From: Lingula anatina | Taxonomy: Eukaryota; Animalia; Brachiopoda | DNA length: 64,000 bases | NCBI GenBank assembly: GCA_051362555.1 | Contig: CM120647.1 | Coordinates: 3,038,001 to 3,102,000, forward strand | Direction: 5' to 3' | Made by a program: the position numbers and the translations under genes | Part shown: piece by piece, positions 48,001 through 60,000 of the stretch | Position numbering within the stretch: position 1 is the first letter of the stretch | Layout: every line of letters begins with the position of its first letter | The notes under the pieces: model-generated | What the model saw: only the letters and a program-made list of their open reading frames with translations | Databases searched by the model: none | What the model was told of the DNA's origin: nothing

Positions 48001-51000
48001 TCGGTGGAGCGTGGATTCCCAGTAACACATGTAAACCACTTCTACTAGATTCTTATATGACTCAAATAAATTCGACATACCAAGGGATAAACTGAATAGA
48101 TCACTCGATCAGCCGTAAAAGACATTTAGACTGCTCATTTCTTTAAATTTTTGGTTGTAAATTTAACCTACTTTCGTGACCTACTTTCCTGCCCCATTGA
48201 CATACAGCTTAGAATGCCAGCAGAAAAATCCGTTCAAACATCATTTTCGGGTAAAATTAAATAATGCCTTTTGGTAATTCTCTTAGTTATACTACTTGAA
48301 ACTATATGCTGACATTTGTTTGGTTTTTGTGACAAAAATTGACTTTGTATGCATCTTTAAGAGTCCCTAACATGCGTATAGTCGTTTCTGAAAGGCTAAT
48401 ACTAACGGGATTTTTACAATACTACAAACCAGTGCCAACAGCAAATTTATAAAGCAACGTAAACAAATGTGCCAAGGCATAGGTGTTCGGCCGTGCTACA
48501 TGTGTACATACACGTAGGTTCTGCTGGTGTTCTATGCTTTTTTTCTGATGGCTTCATTATGCGGTCTAACTATGTGTACGTCGAAGCATCTGTGTTACAG
48601 GGACCAATATAACTAGGGGACGTATAATGATATGCAGAGACATGTGACAACCGTATTGGAACACGAGGACTCTGGAGTAGGACTTACCTATCAAATCCTT
48701 TAGAAAACGAAGAACGAGCGAAGGGTTGACGAGGTCGTAAACTATGGTATCCGAGGCACTGGGAAACTGCACGTGCAACGCTGGTTCTATGGCAACGTTT
48801 AGATGAACACTGCCCATGTCATCTGCGTGATCTACATCATGTGTCACGTCAGTCACCTGGAAAAACAGATCCTTCAATTTAATTATAGCTACAGTGGCGT
48901 ATAACTCTGTTCCCACTAAAGGCTCATTACTTTTTATATCAGAATCAACTCATCAGGTTGTCTGTATTCAACAGAAACAGTTATTTCCAGACGACAAATT
49001 AATATCTGAAAGCCATAATCACAACTATATTCAGAATTTTAATTTTAAAAATTGGAATTTATTGTCTTTTAAATATGTACTCCCAGCATGTTAATTCTTT
49101 GATAACCTGTATTAATATCTACTACTATAAATAATTTTATTAATAAAGTACAGAAAAACCGCTCAAATATTACACTCCTTAGAACAATGAAAATACAAAT
49201 GGTACAATGGTTAAACTGAATAGACAAATAATGTGAGTAGACCGTTCACTACGAACATCAATAACAGAAACATACATCGGCACCTTACAGAAAAAGTGGG
49301 CGCCTTTGAATAGACTGGTAGCAGCTAGTGATGCAGGGGGGATTCTTTCTTTTTCGCAAAGATAAATCAACATTGTTTTATTGTTAAGAACAAATTCTGG
49401 TTGAATTTCTGGTTGCAGTAAAGCAAAAGTTTCAAATAAGTTGCAAATAATTTATTAATAATAATATCAATACCCAGCGAACTGAAACTTACAGCAGCTC
49501 TGGGAAAGTGCTCCCCGTCGGCTCCATATCTCCAAGTTGCACCGAGAGTTTGCCGGACTCGTCCTCGGGAATGATGTCGCAATATGCCGGTACCCTGAAA
49601 TTACGGCGAGTTCCAGGATTAAAAAAACACACACATACACATAGGCAGCTGGGGATTGCAGGAACAACAGAACACTATGGCTTCACTGTGGGTGGTCGCG
49701 TAATAAAAGTGTGTTATAAACTGCGAACATAGGTTGAAGGGCGCCCGTCCCCCTCTCAAACAGGCGACCTCGACTGACTACAGTTAAACCGTTTTTGGTC
49801 GGTGTTACTGCTTCCCACTTACCTGGGATGTTGCCGTAAAACTGTACTTCATGTTGAGGAGAGCGATATTAAGAGGCAAGCAGACGTCTTGTGAGATAGC
49901 CAAGCAGTGCACGCCAAGAGATGTACGTTTAGATACAAGATAATGATCTTCGTTGACTTCGGTGTATCTGAAAATTAAAGGAACGCACTAGTTTAAAACA
50001 GCATACAGATTACTTAAGAATAGTTGTACATGTACCGTATGTTGCAATTGGAAAATGGCCAACCTGTGATATTTCCTTAATGTGCAGCCATTGCTTGTAG
50101 CAAGTACGTTTTCCTTATTTGAAGTAATTACAATAATGGTTGCAAACAATGAAAGTAAAAAAAAAAGCCATGACATTTATTCAACAACCTACAACTTCGC
50201 CGTGAGCACATTACGTTGTCTACGTTAAAAAAGTGAATCACTGGACCATTCATACCTGACCAATGCCTCATAACTGTTGTTCATATTGTAGTCAATGGTT
50301 GCATCCAGTCGGATCCCTATCTTCTGTGCTTTGGGAACAGTGGACTGTAGATGGAGCTGCAGTCCTGCTGTCACCACTATATTCATGTCAACTGACAGCT
50401 GCTTTCTTAACGCTGAGGTTGTCTATATACAAAGGTAAATGTTATTATATTCTAATTCGCTTACGCTTAAACGTATATAAATTATTTATCGTCTAATAAC
50501 TCTCAACGAATAAAACCACTTCATCTTCAAACACCAAATCATTTATTTATAAATAGGAATGAGTCGATGTGCCTCTGCCTGCTTCGACCACAAAGAACGG
50601 GCCTCCTCTGTGTATCATTACTTTATCCTAAAAAAGAAAAAACAAATACAATTTCATCGACTTATATACGTACATAATTTATTAATCCACATCCACTCTG
50701 GATTCACATTGTCCTACAATATCGACAAACAAAATGTAAATGCATATCAAATACCCAAGTTTAAAGATACACTCATTCTTTGCAATATATTGTCTTTAAG
50801 ATAACCGTCTTTTGCTTTATCCGATTTCCAGCGACCATGTTTTTTGAATAATCGTTCTTTTATCCCGCAATTTGCTGCAGCTGATGCGCCACCTGCTCGT
50901 AGACTATGTAGACCAAATTTACTTTTATCAAAACCCAATTCTTCAATTTTTTGTAAAACTGTTTCTCTCATACGTGTATACGACAATTTTCCAGTATCCT

Positions 51001-54000
51001 TTAAAACATGTTTTCCTGATTTCTTTAAATACTTGACCGATCTGAAAATATACTTCTCTGAATCTTCTTCTATGTCTGCGGCTCTTAGATATCTTTGTAA
51101 GAAAGCATATGGGCATGAAGTCTTACCTGTTCTGGCTATTAAAACATTAGATCCATCTCTGTATATATCAGTTTTGCTTTTTTCTATAAAAACTTCAAAA
51201 TATGAATTTTTGAATATAACATCTGTTCTTCTAATTGAGGATACCTCGCTATATCTTAAAAATCCTGAAAATGATAATAAACATATACAGACATCTCTCA
51301 AATCGGACAAACTGGCGTTAGATTTTGCAAATCTATTAACAAGTTTATTAAGCATTTCACTGGTTACTATTTCCTTTTTTATTGTTCTGTTACATGACAT
51401 TCTTTTTGCTGCCTCCACAATATTACTGATCAAAGCGTTATCGTAAGGATTTCGTGTTATTCCAGCAATATCATGAACCCACTTTAAGGCATATTTCACA
51501 TCCTGTATTGCTCCTGGTTTACTTTCTTGTTGAATTAAACTTAACATATATAGTGCAATGTGATTTGTGGATGCCGGGAATATGTTAACCTCTGTAAATT
51601 TCCCTGTCCAATTCTTCCACTTTTGAAATATATAAGTATACTTTTTCACCGTATTATCTGCTCTAGATTTCAATACAATACTTGGTAACTCTTTACCCAA
51701 TCTTCGTAAAGTTGCATTATTGAAATCCTTTAATTCCGTCCAAACTCCAGATTGGAATACCTGTAAATACAAATAAAGAATTTTGATGAAAACACACCAA
51801 TTTATGTTTACTAATATAAAAGCCCATTTTTGAAACATTTCAAATGTTCTTTTCATGCATTATAGGCCTACTGTTTTCAAAAACCAATCCAGACAATCTT
51901 ATATTTTCTCTTTTAACAAAAAAGAATGAATTATCCATTAACTCTTAACCATCGTTAAAAGTATGCTTTCATTGCCTTGATTATGTATAAACATTTTGTA
52001 CACTGTCCATCCTGATTATCAACTTTCATAATAACACACCTTCATGCCACCAGACCTTTCAAATATATGATTTTCATTTAATTTTGTATAACATTTGTTT
52101 CATCGTCAATCCTGACTTGCAAAATATATTATAATTCACCTTTATCTCATCATACTTTTCAATTGAACTTTTCAATTCTGTGTAACAATTGTTACAGTGT
52201 CAATCCGAACTACAAACCTTTATAAAATATACCTTCATTCCATAACGCTTTTCAATTATAATTTTCAACTCTGTATAACATTCGGTGCAGTGTCAATCCT
52301 GACTACTAACCTTCCTAAATTATACCTTCATTCCATCACGTTTTTTCCCAATATAAATTTCAGTTTTGTATAACATTTGTCGCAGTGTCAATCCTGACTG
52401 TCAATTTATATAAAATACATCTTCATGCCGTAACAACTTTCAAATATATATTTCAATTCTTTTTAACATTTGTTGCATTGTCAATCCTGACTGGCAACCT
52501 TCATAAAAATACACCAACATGCCATAAAACTTTCAAATATATATATTTCATTTCTGTGTAATATTTGTTGCAGTGTCAATCCTGACTTGCAACCTTCATG
52601 AAAAATACACCGTCATTCCATCACACCTTCTACATATAAATTTTAATTCTGTATAATGTTTGTTGCAGTGTCAATCCTGACTTGCAACCTTCATAATAAT
52701 ACACCGTCATTCCATCACACCTTCTATATATAAATTTCAATTCTGTATAATGTTTGTTGCAGTGTCAATCCTGACTGGCAACCTTCATAAAAATACACCA
52801 TCCCATCTCGCTTTTGAAATATAACCTTCGTTTTTAGAAAATATTTTTCTATTAAAATCCTGTCTCCCCATCAATCCTGATTGCCAAAACTTTATCCTTA
52901 AATTTCTGCGACCCTATGTAAGATTGCTTATTTTTCCCCTGCTTAAAAATACCCTTGTTACCGAAAATAAGAACATCTTTTATGTACATTTTCCACTTCA
53001 TATCTCTGTCAAATATCATTGGCCAAAATGCAGCCGACTTCCAACTTGGAACTACTAAAGTGCCTTTTGCTTTACAATTTAATAAATGGTTTATTGCCTT
53101 TGGTACCAAACCTACAGGTGGAACTATCCAATTATTCTCATGCTGCCAATTTTGTAAAAATGCGTCTGTTGCCTCTGTATTTGGATTCCAAAATCTTGAA
53201 TTAAAACGGTTTGTCTTTGTATTTTCAAAATTCGCAAATCTATCTACAGTGTGAGGTCCCCACTTTTTATCCAAAAATTCGAAAAAAGAAGATTCTACCT
53301 CCCAGTCGTCTATGTCTACCAATTTGCTGATATAATCTGCTTTTTCATTTTTTGATCTAGGTATCCAGTTTACTGTCAAACTGATTTCATGACATGTACA
53401 TAAATGATATATTTGTAAATCTAAATGTTGTAGATCATGTTTCATAGATCCTGCCTGTATAATCCTCACGACATTTTGATTATCTGTGTACCAACCTATT
53501 TTACTTCTTTTTATAACTTTAATAAAATCTTGTAATGCAATTGCAATTGCCTTCAACTCCCTCCATGTCGAACTTTTCTCCTTTTCTTCATCTGACCACA
53601 TTTTGTGACAAATGTCAGATTGACAACGTACCAAATAGGCACCACATGCATAATCACTAGCATCTGAAAATCCCAAGATTTTGGGTATTTCGTTTAAGAA
53701 TAAATGTCTTTTATTTAGACAATGAATGTTTGACAACCAAAAATGTAACTCATTCAGAATTTCTGTATTTGAATGAAAATTTTTGCATTCGTCCCAACTG
53801 TTTCTATCATTGATTGCGTGATACATATTTCTTGTCATAAATCTACTTATATCTCCAATAACAGTTGACATTGATATAATTTTTCCCGTAATTCGAGCCA
53901 GCTCACGTGCCGATGTCATATTAATATTTTGCATCAGTTTTCTAATATCATTTTTCAATTCTGAAACCCTTTTTTCTGTGATTGATATCGTACCCTGTAT

Positions 54001-57000
54001 CAAATTCCAATGAATACCTAACCAATCAATCTCTTGAACTGGTCTCCATATACTCTTTTCATTATTCACTACTAAACCCGATTTTTTCAAGTCTCCCCTC
54101 ACTTTGTCTGAATATTTTTTTTGCACATCTCAAAATCATCACTAAATCCAAATCCATCATCCAAATACAACACTATAGGTATAGACCATTCTCTCCAGTG
54201 TTTAACCAAACATCTTAATACTTTGGTAAAAATGTAACCTGCTGAAGATATCCCAAAAGGTAAAACTGTGTAAACGAAATATTTAATTTTTCCTTGAACA
54301 ACCCAAGAAAATCCCAGAAATTCTTGCTGTGACTAAACAATATCTATATGATGATAACCATTTTTTAAATCAAAACTAAATGCAAATCCTTTTGAATTTA
54401 CGTACTGTAATGCAATTCTTGTATCCTCAAATTTAATACTCTCTTTCCAAATGTATGGATTTACACATCTCAAATCTAAAACCAAACGTTTCTTTTTCCC
54501 ATTTATTGCCACCGTCAAAGGATTAACAACTTGTGGTATCCCTTTAAATTCTTTGATACGGCCTGATTGTAACAAATCTGATATTGATTCTTCTACAAAA
54601 TCCTTATTGTCTAATGCAGACTTATTGTTTTTCATAATCATTTTTGGTGGTGTATTTATAAAAGGAATAACATATCCTTGTTTTATTACATCTAATACAT
54701 ACGTATTGGCACGAATACTTTCCCAAAAAGCTACATTTTTCTTCAATCTACCTTTCACATTGTCGCTATTATACTTATCTTTTAGAGTTGTATCTGTCTT
54801 ATTGACTGCCGACCTGTGCGTAGCTGTAGTAGCTTGGGTTCGGTTCCGTGTTGTTTTGAAAGTATGACTGCTTTTGCTGGTTAAATTTGGAGCATTCTGC
54901 TCGCCAGTGACCGTATTGTCCACATCCAAAACACTGGTCATACTTGGACGGTTGACTTCTTTTGGCTCGAAAAAGCCTTTTGAATGGCCCTGAACCTGAA
55001 AAATTGGCTGAGGCTGTATATTGAACAGGCATATTGGAATAGTTATTATAAACACCAGACCTACGTTGACCGACATTGTTGCGTTTCTGTTTTTTCTGGC
55101 ACAATTTTCTATTTGCTCTTATCTGGGCTGAACGAATTTTCTTTTCGTCTTCACTATCATCTGCAAGATCATCGGATTGATATTCTTCCACAGCTTCCCA
55201 ACCAGCATCCGATTTGTCCGTGATGTGATGTGATGTGTTTCGTGTGTATTATAAGAAGTAAGTACGTAGCCTTAATACAACACATGATATAATTAAATTC
55301 ATTGTATTATTAGGTCGATGCATCGGTAGCTTAAGTATTTACCGTTACGTTTTCCATATCATGATTAAGGTTAACGACAAGCTACAATGTTTGTAATAGC
55401 CACTGTATTCAATACATGCAGGAACAACATGCAAGTTGGCAGCGCAGGTACCTCAAACATCGCCTCCTTTTTCAGTGATGTAAATATGCCATCAGTGGAT
55501 ATTTGGTTGTTCAGCCGTCTGTCGGGGTGGAAAGCTGTGTAGGGAGCAGACGTCAGCACTGTGTCTTTGTTTAAGTCCTGGATGGGGATACACTCCAGGA
55601 AAACGTAGCCCCCTTTCTCAAACCTTGAAATAACCTGAATAGAAGCCCAGATTGGCGATTGGTATGCTAAACATGCAACTACATCTTCATATTTTCATTC
55701 TATAAAAGTCATGCAGAAAATGTGGAACAATTATGCATTATATAGTTTTAACGTTATATGCCCAATATCCAAAACGGCTCATCTTGCCTTGTAATGCAAT
55801 GCTATATTCTACATGTATATGCTGCAGAGTCAAATAGTGATATGATATACCAGTCAAGTATACCGTTTACCTGACCGAGAAAGGCGCCGGATGTACGTCC
55901 TGGAATAACGTCACCTACGACTGGTGGCGCCGTCTCTTGATTCACTGACTCACTAATGTGCAGACTTCTGTCATTTTGTTCTCCGCCGTGGCAGTACATT
56001 GTGTTAGATGTGGAAACAGGAGAGACAGCAATGGGACTAGAAAACACATCAAGTACGCCACATGTTATGCGCTTTTCTATATAAAAATATTAAGTGTCCT
56101 TTATATGCATGTGCGAACACATTAAAAATGTACAGTAAACTTTCCTGTGGCATTGAATACTTCTTTTCAAATTTAAATATGTTTTACGCCCCACTGTTGA
56201 CCAATTATTAGCTAAAACTGAATTATACAGTGTCAGTATTCATAGAAAAATCTCAGAATATTGCAAAAAGACGGCAAAAATAAGAGTTGTCGTTACTAAA
56301 AATATTATGTACAGTTCGACTGGGACCGGAAATTTAATATGATGTACTACACATGATATAATGTATCACGTTTTGACGTAACAAAGATGTAATACGACAC
56401 AACGTATACATCGTATACAAATATGTCATTCACCTAAAAGACATAGCCTGACTACACGTCTTTACTTTGGCGTGATACGTCACAGACTCAGATTCTGTTA
56501 CAACATCCTCTAAGTCCTCGAGGAAGCCCTGGCTTTCCCCGCCGACTACCACATCGCCAACATTAATGTGATTTGACGTACTCTGTCGTAGCACAATGTA
56601 CTGAGACGCCACAGGTCTTATGGTGACATTGTACCAATGTCCAAGACATTTAAAAACATCATCATCTGAAATGAGAAATGAAATATTTTTTATCAGCTGT
56701 GGTTCACATATTTATCAAATAAAAACGTACGCTACTTCCTGTAGTGTAAGGTAAACGTTTTAAATAAGTAAACTTTGCATTCAGTTTTTCAACCATTTAT
56801 ATTTATCGTTTATTATTATTATTATTATTTTGGGAACAATTTGAAATCAGAACTCTTCGAGATTCACCTTTTAGCACGTGAACTAAGGAACCTCTAATGG
56901 CTGCTCCTTCCCACGCATAGGCAATTTTAAAGATGCGTTTCTCCGGCACGTGCTCTAGCGTCCTATCATCCATGAGGGAACGGACAGGGACTGTTTGGTT

Positions 57001-60000
57001 AAAGTTGGCATACTGGATGACATCTTCCAACGAGGCCCTTACAGCAGCAAAATATTGGTATGTTCCTGAACAAAACGATTGCCATAGCTGATAAAACATA
57101 TAATTCTAGTATAGTGGTGTATACTGAATCATGCAAATGTTATAAGCCTTTAATGAAATGTACCATTGATGCTATTCATACAATGAAAATCACGTCATAC
57201 ACTTTGTCCAAAAATGCATGTTTATATTTTATGCCGATTATTGGTTAAACGCCATTGAAATGCAACTTTAATAAGGCCTACTTTAGTAATGTATTCAGGT
57301 TATGGATTATGATATATTAATGTGTTAAAATATCACTGAACCAGAGAGTCCTACTACTGACATACATGTAACGTCATAAGTTACGTCAAAAAAGAATTCG
57401 ACATTGTACAATTAGCCAGAATTATTTCCATACATTGTTTCTTTGGTTGAAAAAAAAGTGTTACATGTAGTATAATTAACTCACCTTTTTCTTGAGTTGC
57501 GTACACTTTATGCATGATTCCTCCAGCTTGCTTGCTGACAATGACAAAATCTCTGGGCCTGGGATACTTGACCTTGTCTCTGGTCACAAGAATGGAGTGA
57601 CCTACCAAAATTATTCAAACAGATAGAAACAAAAATCAGCGTGCGTTTTAAATTTTAATTCAATTGCGTGCGAAAGTGAATATTGAAACGTAACTGAAAT
57701 AGGAGCAGCATGCCCACTGGAATAACTGTATCTTTATGATGAACTGTGGGTTAACCTTTGGTACAGTTATACATTATTAGTAAAAGGCATCAGACTTTTT
57801 ATTAATTATGTATAAAAGTTATCGATAACATTGCTTTTATTTGTAGTATTTGTCACATTTGTCACAAGTATTGCAGTAACATGACGCTATGTTCAACAAA
57901 ATGTACTTACAGACTTGCAAACTTATGATAGAACACATAAAAGGCATAGAATGAGATATCTCGTATTCCACTTTGCATCATATTTCAATAATTCATAAAC
58001 ATTACAGATATCATACATGAATGCCCACCTCTTTGTTTCGTATTTGATATAGGGCACACATAAAACTCTGCATTGCCAGGCTTAATGACCTTCACGTGTG
58101 CGTGCAATGTCGTATCTAGGGCTCGGTTGCCATGGTTATAGACTGGTCGCACTAGGCCATTTGGGCATTTCCTCATGTCCCATTGACGGCAGCTATATGA
58201 GGTCTAACCGGTTCAATATGCAAGAAAACATATTTCCTAAGGTATTTTGCAGAAGAATTATAAATGACGACTTTGATATTCTACATTTATTGGTGAATGG
58301 TGTACATTCAGTTATTAAATATGAAGAAACACATATGTATGTTATTATATAGTGCAGTCATCATTGCTTACAAGAAATGGCATTTGCATATTTACACACA
58401 TACTTTACGGAAGGATTATAACAGCACCCAATGTAATGTGAAACAGATTGCAGGTCCGTTAATGGTTTATTGTTCTTCTTATTTTTATTTATATTAACTA
58501 TATACTCTCACACACATCGTCACTGAAGCAGGCCTCCACGTCTCTACACCTGTGACAAAGCTCATCATTGGAATACCGTATGGTAGAGTTACACTGCCGG
58601 TAGTCACAGCCGATATACTGAATACATTAAATATACAGCATTAAGTTAAAAACGAGATGATGGTAATTGAAGCCGTCGATTTTTTTTCACACAAAGAGTA
58701 TATTTTCTGACATGATATTTGTGCACCAATCGGAATTGACATAGTATGGTAAGAAAAACAGTGATCATACAATCCATTTAAAATCTAACTTACACTGTAT
58801 CAGATCTCAGTTTTGTTAAATTTGTTATTAATTTTACATTTGGCACCTAACTGGGACTTTTACACCCTACAAATTCATGTTCATACTATTAAAATCATGT
58901 GTAACTTCTGCTTATGGTAATAGCGTATATATTGTAACAAACGTATCATAAAAGGTTGCTTTAAATCACATACCTCAATTTGACTAGAACATCCCATGTG
59001 TGTGTCTACAGAGAAACAGTCGTGATAGAACCATGTTCCACACTGCTCTCTCCACGGCTGAGACTCGTGGCCTGGCAGACATCTTTGTTTGTGGTCACAC
59101 CACCCACACCCGGGCTGTTCAGTGCAAGATCTACATGTGCTGTACACGGGGCAGTAGCTTACTGAACAGGCGCGGCCCTATGAACAAAAAGGGTCATGCA
59201 ATTAAAAAACTGTATGTCATTGATAAGATATTACATGTTTTGATAGAGGCATTTTAAAATTAGTGCACAGTTATTTAGCCCATTTGTCTGCATCATTGTT
59301 TGGTCGTGAAATCAGGACCAAACACCTGATATTGTGCACAACAATATTGCTTGATTTATTTATTCAGGGTTTTTCTTCTACTAAATTCAATATACGTAAC
59401 CCCATCGAGACTACCTGGTAACTAATGAAGGGTTTACCTGCCACCCAGGCTGACACCTGCACTGGTTCGGTCCCACACATGTCCCGTACTGTCCACACTT
59501 GTTCCTGTCTCTACAGTGGTACACGGAGCAGTCCTTTCCTTCCCAGCCACGGTTACAGTGACATCGTTTATCTTTACCACAACGTCCATTGTAGGTGCAG
59601 CCATTGGGACACTCGTTAACTATGGTACATATAGAAGGGTAATGCTGTATAACGATGGGATAGGGAATGAGGAGGTACTTTGTAAATACAATGAAAAATA
59701 CAGTGGAAATTAGGGCATAATAAAATATAATAGCGTACTTCAAACGCAAGCAGCCAGCTTGAGCATACATGTAGTTGGCCCCTTATGTACATTTGAAAAT
59801 TAGGTTATGTTATTAGAATGTCATTTATGATAGTTTGTAGTAAAATTATTACCTGCGGACCGTTTACAAATGTACGGAGAAAGACTGAAACAATCATCTT
59901 TGTAGATATGTGCATTGCCGTCAATACTCGACAAATTAAACAGTGGGCATTTTCCGTCCTCCTGGAAACCGTTACAAGGATACATGTATGCCAGTAGATA

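Larger units (their letters stand above)
50505..55220 (-). mobile_element. DIRS/PAT-type tyrosine-recombinase retrotransposon, 5'-truncated, intronic, same strand as the host gene
   Basis: Order on the minus strand: gag with CCHC knuckle, overlapping RT-RNase H-methyltransferase-like ORF, tandem-repeat spacer, tyrosine recombinase. Ends are approximate. Confidence 0.92.

Noticed and set aside
50844-51446. 200-aa plus-strand ORF (also 52955-53254 and 54451-54867)
   Set aside because: Antisense shadows of the DIRS-type recombinase and pol.
50747-54126. Phage integrase plus methylase as bacterial contamination or horizontal transfer
   Set aside because: The gag-RT-RNase H-MT-YR order is the standard layout of eukaryotic DIRS-group retrotransposons, and the element lies inside a phase-consistent intron.
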